Positions 51,472-61,695 of a stretch of 64,000 nt of DNA are shown here, piece after piece. The position numbers and the translations under genes are program-made. The notes beneath the pieces are model-generated. The model was not told where the DNA came from, made no database searches, and saw only the letters and a list, made by a program, of their open reading frames with translations. Within the stretch, counting starts at the first letter, position 1; each line of letters opens with the position of its first letter. This DNA comes from Candidatus Poribacteria bacterium (GTDB lineage: Bacteria; Poribacteria; WGA-4E; WGA-3G), in assembly GCA_003635195.1 (NCBI GenBank), contig PYIY01000075.1, forward strand, positions 27,608-91,607. The letters run 5' to 3'.

Positions 51472-53745
51472 TTGACGCTGAAGAATATGATAAATTTCTT
51501 TAGCAGAAATCGAAGTCAGTCCAGCGAAAGAGCAAACCCAAACATTATAATCCATAAGTTTTTTTGGGGTTTGCTTCTATTGGCTTTTAGCTGCTTTGCC
51601 GAAGGAACGCTGGCTTTCGCAGAAGAAGCGCGTAGTGATGCGTGGCGCGAAGCCTTTGCGCTCATTGATAAAGGGGAACGCAGACGCGCCGTTTTAAAAC
51701 TCGAAAGCTTATTGCAATCAGGTCTGTCCGAGTCGGATAAACTTAAAATCCATCATGCGCTCGGTTATAACTATGAGAAACTTCGGAATCGCCCAAAAGC
51801 CGTTGGCCACTACGCGCGGGTCGCCTCACTGAGGTATCCATTGGCAGATTGCGCTGTCTACCGTCTCGCGCAACTTTACGAAAGTATGAATAATAGAGAA
51901 CGGGCAATAAAATGGTATACGCAACTTGTCGAGGATTATCCGACAAGTTTCTATAGCGCAGCGGCAAAGTGGGCTTTAGGGCAGCTACACCTTGAGCAGA
52001 AGAAATACAAAACTGCGAAGTCGTACTTAGTAGACATCGTTAAACATTCGCAATACGCGAGAGAGGCGACTTTCGCTTTTGCACGCTGTGATGAAGGGTT
52101 GGGTAATGTTTCTGATGCGTTTAATACGTATCGTGAACTTATTAAAGAAAAGCAATCGTATAGCGTTGCCGAAGAGTCGCTCGGTCGGTTGAAACTGCTT
52201 GCCAGAAGACATAAATCCCTAAAGCTTACGGCAACGGATCGACTTAATTGTGGTATGGTGTTTTTCGCCAATAGGCAATGGCGGTCTGCCGTGAATGAAT
52301 TGGCACTGATACCCAAAACCGTCGATTTGGAGATGCGTGCCCACGCGCTTTATTTGACTGGCCGGAGTAATCAGGGACGCAAGTGGCCGAATGCATCAAT
52401 TAAGAACTTTGACGCTGTGATCGCACTCGGTGGCAAAAACAGTTATATTCCACGTGCGACCTATCAAATTGCGCAAAGTTATCGCCAGAAAGGGCACCTG
52501 AAGACTGCCACCAGCAGACTTGAGAACTTTGTAAAAACCTTCCCTGAGGACGAGTTGGTTGATGATGCGCTGTACGATATTGCCCAAATCCGCGAGAAAC
52601 GGGACCAATTGGAGTTAGCACTGGATGCGTATTCACGTTTAATTAAGGTCGCACCCAAGAGCCCATACGCGGATGTGGCGGCATGGCGAACAGGTTGGCA
52701 GCGTTTTGATCAGCGTCGCTATGAAGAGAGTTACAATGCTTTCAAAGGCTTGAAGGAACACTTCCCCGGCAATCGCTATGCAATGGGTGCGCATTTTTGG
52801 ATGGCAAAGATACGTGAACGCCAAAACAAGCCCGCGCTTGCACGGAAACTGTACAAGGAAGTAGCAGAGGCGCGATATTGGTACTACTCCGCAAGGGCGA
52901 AGGCGATTTTGGGAGTGGATGGCTCCGAATTGGAACCGAAAGCTGTCCAGGATGCGGAATTGCCGGAGCGTCAGGCGTGTCCAGCACAGGTGCCGATGTT
53001 GATGGAACTGAGACTTTATGAAGACGCTATTCCGCAATTGGATTACCACATTAACACAGTTTCACTTCCTGAACAGGAATGTTTTCATGATTTGATTGCG
53101 TGTTATGAAGGTCTCGCGATGTACGATAAAGCGCGGAAGGTAACCGAAAAATCGCTTGAAAGTTCCGCTTTCGCAAATGCGACACGCGCGGATTTGGAAA
53201 AACTTCAACACAAGCTCTACCCGCGCTACTATGCCGATACTGTTGAGAAGTATGCCAAGATGTATAACGTTGATACTTTCTTGATTGCCGCTATGATTTT
53301 GGAAGAGAGCCGATACAATGCTGAGGCAGTGAGTTGGGCAGGTGCGATTGGGTTAATGCAGATCATGCCTGCTACTGGGCGAGAACTCGCCCAGAAACTT
53401 AAGATTCGACGGTTCCGGACTTCAATGCTTAAGCAACCTGATGTTAATATTAGAATGGGCACGAAATATATTGGCGAACTCAACTCATGGTTTGATGGGA
53501 ATATAATGCACGTCATCGGCGCGTATAATGGCGGTCCCGGACGCATGGAGCGATGGGTGTCAACGAAAAATATTAAGGATATCGACTTATTCGTTGAGAA
53601 GATTACGATTCGGGAAACTCGGCTTCATATCAAGAAAGTGATTGACAGTTACGATAATTATGTCGAAATCTATGGGAAAAAGGACGAACCGCCCGCGGTG
53701 AACTCGGCGACGGAGATAGGAGCAAAGCGATTAGAAGGTTTTTGA
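51472..53745 (+). CDS. slt: Soluble lytic murein transglycosylase (Slt70-like: TPR/superhelical N-domain plus SLT domain)
   Basis: The SLT catalytic region is AAMILEESRYNAEAVSWAGAIGLMQIMPATG ... AYNGGPG. It has a signal-anchor-like N-terminus. The start is uncertain (TTG 51472 or ATG 51487). Confidence 0.85.
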   Translation: MTLKNMINFFSRNRSQSSERANPNIIIHKFFWGLLLLAFSCFAEGTLAFAEEARSDAWREAFALIDKGERRRAVLKLESLLQSGLSESDKLKIHHALGYNYEKLRNRPKAVGHYARVASLRYPLADCAVYRLAQLYESMNNRERAIKWYTQLVEDYPTSFYSAAAKWALGQLHLEQKKYKTAKSYLVDIVKHSQYAREATFAFARCDEGLGNVSDAFNTYRELIKEKQSYSVAEESLGRLKLLARRHKSLKLTATDRLNCGMVFFANRQWRSAVNELALIPKTVDLEMRAHALYLTGRSNQGRKWPNASIKNFDAVIALGGKNSYIPRATYQIAQSYRQKGHLKTATSRLENFVKTFPEDELVDDALYDIAQIREKRDQLELALDAYSRLIKVAPKSPYADVAAWRTGWQRFDQRRYEESYNAFKGLKEHFPGNRYAMGAHFWMAKIRERQNKPALARKLYKEVAEARYWYYSARAKAILGVDGSELEPKAVQDAELPERQACPAQVPMLMELRLYEDAIPQLDYHINTVSLPEQECFHDLIACYEGLAMYDKARKVTEKSLESSAFANATRADLEKLQHKLYPRYYADTVEKYAKMYNVDTFLIAAMILEESRYNAEAVSWAGAIGLMQIMPATGRELAQKLKIRRFRTSMLKQPDVNIRMGTKYIGELNSWFDGNIMHVIGAYNGGPGRMERWVSTKNIKDIDLFVEKITIRETRLHIKKVIDSYDNYVEIYGKKDEPPAVNSATEIGAKRLEGF

Positions 53746-53764
53746 TCGCTGATAGTTTACGGTC

Positions 53765-55447
53765 CTATAAGGAAATCGTTTCTGGTGGGTTGTCGCGTGT
53801 AATGAGGAGGCGTCGCTGCCATTCGGTATCATCCTGTGCCGGAAAATCGGCGCGATAGTGTGCACCGCGACTCTCTGTCCGAACAAGAGCAGATTGTGTT
53901 ATCATCAAAGCGACGTTGAGCATATTAACTGTTTCAATCGTTGCGACATCTGCGACTTCTGGACGCGTTAGCACGTTCCCTAAACTTTCCATTAAGTCTT
54001 GCAATTCGGCGAAGGTTTCTTGTAAACCTTCGCCGTTTCGTTCGATGCTAACGTTCTCCCAGAGTGCCTCTCGAATGACCTTTTTGATCGGTTCTATAGA
54101 ATAGTTTTCGGTTTTCAGTTTTCGGTTTTCAGTTAAAGCGTCTCTCGTGGCAGTCCCAGACCCCTCTTGTAACTGACTACTGATAACCGATGGCTGATAA
54201 CTCTTTGCGAATGTTGCAGCATTTGTGCCAGCGCGGGCCCCATAGACGAGGCATTCAAGCAGCGAGTTGCTTGCTAAACGATTCGCCCCGTGGACCCCTG
54301 TACATGCCACTTCTCCACAAGCATAAAGCCCTTTGAGGTTGGTTTGTGTATCTGTATTTGTGCGGATGCCGCCCATCATGAAGTGTGCGCCAGGACGGAC
54401 GGGGATTAAGTCCACGTTAATATTGAGACCATAGTGTTTTGTGGTCTCGGAGATGGTCGGAAATCGTTCAAGGATGAAGTCTTCGGATTTATGGGTAATA
54501 TCGAGGAAAACGCAGGGGAATTCGGTCAAGTCCATCTCGTTTTGAATCGCACGGCTCACGACATCCCGTGGGGCAAGTTCACCTTTCTCGTGGTATTTCT
54601 CCATAAAGCGTTCACCACGAATGCTCAAAAGTTTGCCGCCTTCGCCTCTAACGGCTTCTGAGATCAAGAAATTAGGTGCCCCATCCAAGAAGAGCGTTGT
54701 TGGGTGGAACTGGACGAATTCCATATCTATCATTTCGCATCCGGCGCGCCAGGCCGCAGCGAATCCGTCGCCGGTTGCTACTTTTGGATTAGAAGTACAT
54801 GGGTAAATCCGCCCAAGCCCGCCGGTCGCGAGAATTGTGGCTTTGGCGCGAAGACAGACGACTTGTTCCTCTACAATTGCCGTGACCCCGTAGCATGTGG
54901 GCGTATTTTCTCTTTCCAAATTGACATCCGCGTCAGTCAGTAAATCAATGGCGAAAGTGTTTTGCAGGACGTGAATCCGTTCCGTATTTAGCACGCGCTG
55001 GATAAGGACATCTGTCGTTTCACGCCCTGTTGCGTCCCCTTTGTGTACAATTCGACGGCGGCTGTGGGCAGCTTCTCGTGTAAAGCGGGGCAGCGTTCCT
55101 TCCCAATCAAAGTTCGCGCCCCAGTCTAACAGTTCTGCAACGCGTGGAATGCCTTCAGATACCATCATCTCAACCGCTTCCACATTACAAAGACCGGCAC
55201 CCGCGACACAGGTATCCTTTATGTGCAAGGCAATTGTGTCATCAAGGTTCATAGCAACAGCGATTCCACCTTGGGCGTAGTGGGTATTGCTCTCTGTCAA
55301 TGTAGTTTTGGTAATTAAGGTTACATCGGCGTGTTCACTCGCAGCGAGGGCAGCGCGCAACCCAGCAGCACCACTCCCGATAATGAGGACATCGGTGTCC
55401 CAAGTGAAATGCCGTTCTGGATTCATCGCAGATATTGGATTTTCCAT
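53765..55447 (-). CDS. nadB: L-aspartate oxidase carrying an in-frame repeat-derived insertion
   Basis: It has the FAD motif DVLIIGSGAAGLRAAL, the motifs HYAQGGIA and RGEGG, and a C-terminal ESRGAHYR. Confidence 0.9.
   Translation of the reverse strand: MENPISAMNPERHFTWDTDVLIIGSGAAGLRAALAASEHADVTLITKTTLTESNTHYAQGGIAVAMNLDDTIALHIKDTCVAGAGLCNVEAVEMMVSEGIPRVAELLDWGANFDWEGTLPRFTREAAHSRRRIVHKGDATGRETTDVLIQRVLNTERIHVLQNTFAIDLLTDADVNLERENTPTCYGVTAIVEEQVVCLRAKATILATGGLGRIYPCTSNPKVATGDGFAAAWRAGCEMIDMEFVQFHPTTLFLDGAPNFLISEAVRGEGGKLLSIRGERFMEKYHEKGELAPRDVVSRAIQNEMDLTEFPCVFLDITHKSEDFILERFPTISETTKHYGLNINVDLIPVRPGAHFMMGGIRTNTDTQTNLKGLYACGEVACTGVHGANRLASNSLLECLVYGARAGTNAATFAKSYQPSVISSQLQEGSGTATRDALTENRKLKTENYSIEPIKKVIREALWENVSIERNGEGLQETFAELQDLMESLGNVLTRPEVADVATIETVNMLNVALMITQSALVRTESRGAHYRADFPAQDDTEWQRRLLITRDNPPETISL
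54102..54202. repeat. Family A element (A13), complete copy inside the nadB CDS
   Basis: Pattern tagttttcggttttcagttttcggttttcagtt aaagcgtctctcgtggcagtcccagacccctctt gtaactgactactgataaccgatggctgataact. Confidence 0.8.
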
Positions 55448-55556
55448 GTTTTTAAGTTACCTTGCGGTGGGTCAAGGGCTTTGATGTATCCAAAGTTTGT
55501 GTACAAATGCCGTCCCTCCATTTCATTACGGGCTTTTATCAGAATTCCCAGAAAGT

Positions 55557-55997
55557 TCAGAACTGCGCTGGCACTTTCGGCGCGAAGTTCTCACCGACCG
55601 GGACGACTTTACCTGTACCCGTAGCAATGAGGGTGCCATCACTGAGCGTAACCTCTGCCTTTGCTTCCACTAACCTTTTGGAAACCTTAATACGCTCTGC
55701 GGAGACATGAAGTTTCACAGCGGTTGGTGCAGGATTACGAAAGCGGACTTCAAGCTGTGCTGTTACTGCGGGCTGATCAAAAGTGCTTATTCCGACGTAG
55801 GTAATCGCTTCATCTAACAGGGTACTGAGGATGCCACCGTGTAGAATGTTTGCCCAACCTTGCAAGTGTTCGGCGGGTGTGCATTCAATGCGAACGGATG
55901 CCCCATTACCTATAATTTCAGGTTTTACCTGAAAACCGAATGGGTTTTTCATACCGCAAACAAAGCAGTTATCATTGTTTTCAATCGCCATTTTCAC
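55557..55997 (-). CDS. PaaI-family hotdog-fold thioesterase
   Basis: It has HGGILSTLLDEA and an N-terminal CFVCG motif. Its start overlaps the valS stop by 17 nt. Confidence 0.8.
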   Translation of the reverse strand: MKMAIENNDNCFVCGMKNPFGFQVKPEIIGNGASVRIECTPAEHLQGWANILHGGILSTLLDEAITYVGISTFDQPAVTAQLEVRFRNPAPTAVKLHVSAERIKVSKRLVEAKAEVTLSDGTLIATGTGKVVPVGENFAPKVPAQF

Positions 55998-58647
55998 TTC
56001 CTGATTCGGTAAGCATTGCGAGACTCCGTGCCAATTTTTCCTGCTCTATGAGCAGCCGTTGAAGCTGTGCCCGCTTTTGGGCAACGACGTTTTCTGGGGC
56101 ACGCTCGACGAAGTTCGGGTTATCCAATGTCTTTTGTGCTGCTGCTACATCCTTCACTGCCTGTTGATGTCGTTTGCTAAGCCTTGCCTGTTCCGCTTCC
56201 AGATCAATTACATCAGCAAGTGGGATATAAATGGCAAGTTCCCCAATAACCGCTTCAGCTGAAGCAGGTGGTTTCTGCAGAGATTCAGCGATAGTGATGT
56301 CAGCTACCCGTGTGAAAGCCGGTAAGTACTGTGATAGATACGTTTCGAGTCGCTCGCGCACCGCACTGTTTGGCGATTGGATATGGACTTCGACAGACGC
56401 GCCAATCGGGACGTTCAACTCACCTCGGATGCTGCGAATACTCTCAATGACTTCCGTGAGCGTTGCCATCGTGGTTTCTGCAGTTGAATTTTCACCTGTT
56501 GGCTCCGGCCAAGGGGCGATTGTTACTGAATTATCGCTCTGAGTTCTATTGCGTGGGAGTTGTTGCCAAATTTCCTCGGTTAAGAAGGGCATAAGCGGGT
56601 GGAGGAGCCGCATTGTCTGTTCCAAAATGTCTGCAGCGACCCAGAGTGCCGCGGGTTCATCTTGCGCAATTCGTTGTTTAGTGAATTCGAGATACCAATC
56701 ACAGAATTCATGCCAAAGGAAAGCATAAAGTGTTTGTGCCGCTTCGTAGAAACGAAAGTTTTCGAGGGCTTCGGTTGTTGTTTTAATGGTATGGCTGAGG
56801 CGACTCCGTATCCACGTTATTTCAAGCGTTTCCTGTTCGGTATCCACAACATCCATCTCGGCGGGAATCGGGTGTTTTTCTAAATTCATGAGGATGAACC
56901 GAGCAGCATTCCAAATTTTATTGGCGAAGCGTCTGCCTGACTCAATTTGCGATTCCAGGAGTGTGACATAAGGGTTTGGCATGCTTGCATTTACGAGCGC
57001 GAAGCGGAATGCATCTGTCCCGTAAGTGTTAATTGTCTCTACTGGGTCGATGGTGTTTCCTTTCGATTTGCTCATTTTTTGTCCCTTTTCATCGGCGACA
57101 AGTCCGTGCAAATAGACGGTTCGGAATGGCACCTTATCCATACATCCGAGTCCTAACATTATCATTCTTGATACCCAGAAGAAGAGTATGTCCCAACCCG
57201 ACACAAGAACAGAGGTCGGATAAAAAGTTTTCAGTTCTTCGGTTTCTTCTGGCCAGCCCATAGTGGAGAAGGGCCACAACCCTGAACTGAACCATGTGTC
57301 AAGGACATCTTCGTCTTGACGGAAATCCGAGGCACCACACTCGCATCGCTGTGGCGTTTCCATTGCAGCGGTAACTGCGTCGCATGCGTTGCAGTACCAT
57401 ATCGGGAGTTGATGCCCCCACCAACGTTGCCGTGAGATGGGCCAAGGTTCGATAATCTCCATCCAGTGGTAGAAACGATCTGTTTCGCGTTCGGGAATGA
57501 ACCGGACTTCGCCTTTTTGGGTCGCTTCTATGGCGCGTTGCGCGAGGGGTCGGACATTCATGAACCATTGCAATGAGATAGCAGGCTCAACAATCGTATC
57601 ACATCGGTCATGATGCCCAACAGCGTGCCGATGGGGTACAATCTTGACGAGGTAATCCAAGTTCTTCAAATCTTCCACGACCCGTTTGCGACACTCCCAT
57701 CGGGATAAACCGACATATTTTTTGGGTGCCGCTTCGCTGATATGCGCGTCTTGTGTGAAGATCGTCCGTTGTTCGAGGTCGTGCCGCGAACCGATTTCAT
57801 AATCGTTAGGATCGTGTGCGGGTGTTACTTTCAAGGCCCCGGTGCCAAATTCTCTATCCACGTAAGGGTCGGCGATTATCGGGATTTCCCTGTCACAGAG
57901 CGGTAGATGTGCTGTTTTTCCGATGACGTGTTGATAGCGTTCGTCGTCGGGATGCACAGCAACAGCCGTGTCGCCTAACATTGTCTCTGGGCGCGTCGTG
58001 GCGATTTCAAGGACGATATCACTGTCTTTCACAGGATAGCGAATGTGGTAAAAGTTGCCGTCTACCTCAACCGGTTCCACTTCAAGGTTACTGATAGCAG
58101 TGTTACATTCTGGACACCAATTGACCATGTAGGTGTCGCGATAGATGAGTCCCTGATTATAGAGTTTGACGAATGCGGTGCGAACGGCTTTCGAGAGTCC
58201 TTCATCGAGTGTAAAACGCTCACGTTCCCAATCACAAGAGCATCCGAGCTGTTGAAGTTGTGAGACGATATAGCCAGCAGATTCTGCTTTCCATTGCCAC
58301 ATCCGCTCGGTGAATTTTTCCCTACCGAGTTCAGTGCGACTCGTCCCTTCCTCGGCGAGTTTTCGCTCCATGATGAGTTCGGTAACAATACCGGCGTGAT
58401 CGGTCCCAGGCATCCAGAGCGCGTTATACCCTTGCATGCGCCGCCATCGGATGAGACAATCTTGGAGTGTATTATCAAGGGCGTGTCCGATGTGGAGACT
58501 ACCTGTGATATTCGGTGGCGGAATCACAATGGCATAAGGCGATTTGTCGGAAGTTGCCGCCGCGTGGAAGTAGTCATTTTTTTCCCAAAATTGATACCAT
58601 TTCCCCTCAATTTCTTGAGGGGCATAGATTTTTGGAAGATTCGTCAT
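55981..58647 (-). CDS. valS: Valine-tRNA ligase
   Basis: The HIGH motif is PPPNITGSLHIGHAL and the KMSKS motif is KMSKSKGN. It has a C-terminal coiled coil. Confidence 0.95.
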   Translation of the reverse strand: MTNLPKIYAPQEIEGKWYQFWEKNDYFHAAATSDKSPYAIVIPPPNITGSLHIGHALDNTLQDCLIRWRRMQGYNALWMPGTDHAGIVTELIMERKLAEEGTSRTELGREKFTERMWQWKAESAGYIVSQLQQLGCSCDWERERFTLDEGLSKAVRTAFVKLYNQGLIYRDTYMVNWCPECNTAISNLEVEPVEVDGNFYHIRYPVKDSDIVLEIATTRPETMLGDTAVAVHPDDERYQHVIGKTAHLPLCDREIPIIADPYVDREFGTGALKVTPAHDPNDYEIGSRHDLEQRTIFTQDAHISEAAPKKYVGLSRWECRKRVVEDLKNLDYLVKIVPHRHAVGHHDRCDTIVEPAISLQWFMNVRPLAQRAIEATQKGEVRFIPERETDRFYHWMEIIEPWPISRQRWWGHQLPIWYCNACDAVTAAMETPQRCECGASDFRQDEDVLDTWFSSGLWPFSTMGWPEETEELKTFYPTSVLVSGWDILFFWVSRMIMLGLGCMDKVPFRTVYLHGLVADEKGQKMSKSKGNTIDPVETINTYGTDAFRFALVNASMPNPYVTLLESQIESGRRFANKIWNAARFILMNLEKHPIPAEMDVVDTEQETLEITWIRSRLSHTIKTTTEALENFRFYEAAQTLYAFLWHEFCDWYLEFTKQRIAQDEPAALWVAADILEQTMRLLHPLMPFLTEEIWQQLPRNRTQSDNSVTIAPWPEPTGENSTAETTMATLTEVIESIRSIRGELNVPIGASVEVHIQSPNSAVRERLETYLSQYLPAFTRVADITIAESLQKPPASAEAVIGELAIYIPLADVIDLEAEQARLSKRHQQAVKDVAAAQKTLDNPNFVERAPENVVAQKRAQLQRLLIEQEKLARSLAMLTESGSENGD

Positions 58648-58651
58648 TTTT

Positions 58652-58736
58652 TAGTTGTCAGTTATCAGTTGTCAGTTATCGGTTAAGAGATTTTCGTTTA
58701 AGCACAGTTTCCTCTTGTAACTGATAATTGATAACC
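58652..58736. repeat. Family A element (A14)
   Basis: Pattern tagttgtcagttatcagttgtcagttatcggttaagagattttcg..tttcctcttgtaactgataattgataacc. It starts 5 nt after the valS start codon. Confidence 0.85.
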
Positions 58737-58744
58737 ATTCCTCA

Positions 58745-58914
58745 TAGTTGTTAGTTGCCCGTTTTGACCAAGAACTCGCGCCTTAGCAAAAGTATCTGTA
58801 GACGAGTTGTTGGTCAAGGTTAAGAGTGGTCTGTAACAATTGATTGATGCCCTGAAATATTCCACGTGGGCGGAGATCGTTACAAAGAGACCTCTTAACT
58901 GAAAACTGATAGCT
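58745..58914. repeat. Family A element (A15), longer variant
   Basis: Pattern tagttgttagttgccc...gttgttggtcaaggttaagagtggtc...aaagagacctcttaactgaaaactgatagct. It ends at the hpf stop codon. Confidence 0.7.
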
Positions 58915-58915
58915 C

Positions 58916-59473
58916 TTAGGCAAAGAGAGGCTCTACCCACCCGTAGGTCCCCTGCTCCATTTCATAAAGTAAATTGACTTGCCGGGTTTCCGCGTTTAAA
59001 AACAGCAGAAATACGGTATTTGAAGCTTGAAGTTCCGTTGCGGCTTCCGCGACTGTCAGCGGTTTCGATGCGAATTTCTCTTGTGCTGCTACGATGACAG
59101 GTGCATCAGTACCATCAAGTTCGATTGCGGTTTCCACGTCGTCCGGGTTGAGTTGTGCGACGACTTCGCGATGTGGCGCATTATGCCGTCGGTCTTTGAC
59201 TCTGTCCTTGTAACGACGGATCTGACTGATAATCTTATCTGTTACAGCGTCTAATGCGGACAGAATCTCATACGTTTCACTTTTCGCATAAAACGACACG
59301 CGTGGTGCTGTCACTATCATCTCCGCGTCAAATCGATGTTTCTCGGATTTGAGGACGACGTTGAGTTCCTGCATATCTCCGAAACGGGTTTCAATTTTGT
59401 CAGCACGTTTTAGGATGTATGCATGAATATCATCCGTAATTTTTAGGTTATGTCCGGAATACGTTACTTTCAT
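58916..59473 (-). CDS. hpf: Ribosome hibernation promoting factor, long form
   Basis: It has an S30AE N-domain (MKVTYSGHNLKITDDI) plus a C-terminal dimerisation domain (VFLLFLNAETRQVNLLYE). It lies downstream of rpoN. Confidence 0.9.
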   Translation of the reverse strand: MKVTYSGHNLKITDDIHAYILKRADKIETRFGDMQELNVVLKSEKHRFDAEMIVTAPRVSFYAKSETYEILSALDAVTDKIISQIRRYKDRVKDRRHNAPHREVVAQLNPDDVETAIELDGTDAPVIVAAQEKFASKPLTVAEAATELQASNTVFLLFLNAETRQVNLLYEMEQGTYGWVEPLFA

Positions 59474-59530
59474 CGCGATACTCCTTCTTTTCTAATTATG
59501 ACAGAACAAGGCTCAAGGCAAAAGAGTCGT

Positions 59531-59626
59531 TTCAGCTTTCAACTCGGATTTTTCCTGCGAAAAAAATCCTTTCAGTTTTCAACAAGGGACTTTGGACTTA
59601 TCAAAACCTCTTAACTGATAATTAAT
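59531..59626. repeat. Family A element (A16)
   Basis: Pattern ttcagctttcaactcggatttttcctgcgaaaaaaatcctttcagttttcaacaagggactttggacttatcaaaacctcttaactgataattaat. It is collinear with 28840-28920. Confidence 0.75.
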
Positions 59627-59659
59627 ATTATAGTAGAGCCCGTAATTATTTGCACACAT

Positions 59660-59733
59660 GGGGAACCGTAGGGATTGGGTAACCTCGAAGAAACACCTCA
59701 GCAAAAACAGCCCTACGAGTGACAAGTGTAAAC
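59660..59733. repeat. Family C element, copy C4
   Basis: Sequence ggggaaccgtagggattgggtaacctcgaagaaacacctcagcaaaaacagccctacgagtgacaagtgtaaac. Confidence 0.65.
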
Positions 59734-59789
59734 TTATTTTCGGATTTTACTATAATAGTCCTGAAAACGCATCCACTCTCGTCGGAAGT

Positions 59790-61661
59790 TCAACCAGCGC
59801 GATTCCCTGCATGGACAGCGGATCTTTCACGTGATGTCGGAATACCTAATTCGTCCCGATATTTCTGAACAGTTCGCCTCGCTAATAGGATACCTTTTGT
59901 TTTTAAGGCATTACTGATGGCTTGATCACTCAGCGGTTTTTTCGGTGTCTCAGCATCGACCATCTCTTGAATAAGGTTTTTCACTTGCTTGGCAGAAATT
60001 GCTTCGCCTTGCGTTGTTGCCAATTCATTACTAAAGAAAAACCGTAGCGGATACATGCCGTGTGGCGTTTGCACGTATTTATTGCTTGTCACTCGACTGA
60101 CGGTTGATTCGTGGACCCCTATTCTTTCAGCGATTGTTCTGAGTGTTAAAGGTTTGATACTTTTAGTGCCTTCTGTCAGAAATTCTGTTTGTACCTCAAA
60201 AATCGCCTCGGTGACTCGGGCGATTGTGCTACCGCGCTGGGCAAGGCTGCTGAGCAAATTCGATGCATCGCGATAGCGTTTTTCTATCCATTCTTTTGCC
60301 TCAGTATCAAGTGTGTCTTGCCGATTCCGCATTAGATTGAGATAGTAAGGATTCATCTGTAAACGGGGGATATAACTGTCTACAGAAATAGCCTGATACT
60401 TGCCGTTGAGGTACTGTATCTCTACATCTGGGGTAACGGTATCCACATGAGAATTTTTTTTCAGCGATCGCGTCATTGGATCGGTGAAGTAGCGACCTGG
60501 ATAAGGCGACAGTCTTCGTATCCACTTGACGACTGTATCAATAACTAAGATGTCAACTTTTAATGCCTCTGCGATGCAGTGCCATTGCTGATTGAGAAAA
60601 GCGTCGTAGTAGTTTTCGATAATCTCTTGTGCGAAAGATTGTACAGGCGTTTTTTTATTTCCGAAACCTTCACACTGCCACGGTTCACCGTTCAGACTTT
60701 CCGCGACTACCTGTATCTCTTCTGGTTTCTGATTGCGGATCTGGATGAGCAACGCCTCCCTTGTATCTCGGTGTGCGATGCCTATGGGTTCAAAGTTGTC
60801 TTGTATCTCGCGAAGCACTGTTTCAACGAGTGTTGTTTCACATCCAACGGTTTCGGCGATATCTTCCAACGTGAGTTGATAGAAATTCAGAGCGGGTTTG
60901 CGATTTCCCAATGTACGTTCATATATGATGGTATAAGTCCTGTTGTTGTCTGGATCGTTAACTTGCCATGTACAGTTTATAGGTGCCCCCTCGTTTTCGG
61001 CGGGCGTATGTGTTGTCTTTTTCCGTGAAATTGTAGCGTTTTTTGAGAATTTAACATTACTATTACCGATTGCGGCTTGTAACCCTTTTTGAATAATCGT
61101 GTGTAATTCTGCTGAGATCTCCCCTAAATTCAATGCGGTTAAACATTCGCACGGCATTTGAAACAGTTTGAGTTCCAGTTTTCCATCGTCGTTGAGATTC
61201 CCGAGAATATACTCTGCAATAGCGCGTTCCGTCTCTGTACTGATAATGTCGGCAAAAGCGAGGTCGAGCTGCTCAACAAGATGATCGTGCAGGGAACACT
61301 CGTATATGACATCCGGGGGAGGTTCATCAGGATCTGCGTGTTTGGTACTCATTCGGTCGCTGAGTGACACGCGGTCTTCAAAAGCCATATCCCAATCAAT
61401 ATCAACAGCCGTATCTTCCTGATCAAGATTACCTTCAGGTTCGTTCCATTCCAATGCGGGGTCTAATTCTTCAAGGGTGGGTCCGAGTTCATCAGCATCG
61501 TCTTCAAGTTCAAGAAATGGATTCTGCTCAAGTTCCTGACGAATGAAATGTGTTAGCTCTTGCAGCGGCATATTCAGCACTTTAAGTGCTTGCTGTAATC
61601 TGGGCGTGATAGACGTTTTTTGCGTCAGCTGAGGGGTCTGGGTAAGTTGCGCTTTATACAT
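59790..61661 (-). CDS. rpoN: RNA polymerase sigma-54 factor, unusually long (623 aa)
   Basis: Region I is ITPRLQQALKVLNMP. The HTH is HESTVSRVTSNKYV and the RpoN box is ARRTVQKYRDELGI. Confidence 0.9.
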   Translation of the reverse strand: MYKAQLTQTPQLTQKTSITPRLQQALKVLNMPLQELTHFIRQELEQNPFLELEDDADELGPTLEELDPALEWNEPEGNLDQEDTAVDIDWDMAFEDRVSLSDRMSTKHADPDEPPPDVIYECSLHDHLVEQLDLAFADIISTETERAIAEYILGNLNDDGKLELKLFQMPCECLTALNLGEISAELHTIIQKGLQAAIGNSNVKFSKNATISRKKTTHTPAENEGAPINCTWQVNDPDNNRTYTIIYERTLGNRKPALNFYQLTLEDIAETVGCETTLVETVLREIQDNFEPIGIAHRDTREALLIQIRNQKPEEIQVVAESLNGEPWQCEGFGNKKTPVQSFAQEIIENYYDAFLNQQWHCIAEALKVDILVIDTVVKWIRRLSPYPGRYFTDPMTRSLKKNSHVDTVTPDVEIQYLNGKYQAISVDSYIPRLQMNPYYLNLMRNRQDTLDTEAKEWIEKRYRDASNLLSSLAQRGSTIARVTEAIFEVQTEFLTEGTKSIKPLTLRTIAERIGVHESTVSRVTSNKYVQTPHGMYPLRFFFSNELATTQGEAISAKQVKNLIQEMVDAETPKKPLSDQAISNALKTKGILLARRTVQKYRDELGIPTSRERSAVHAGNRAG

Positions 61662-61695
61662 TTCATGCGTCTCCTTCGGTGTTACTGCAGCGTTT

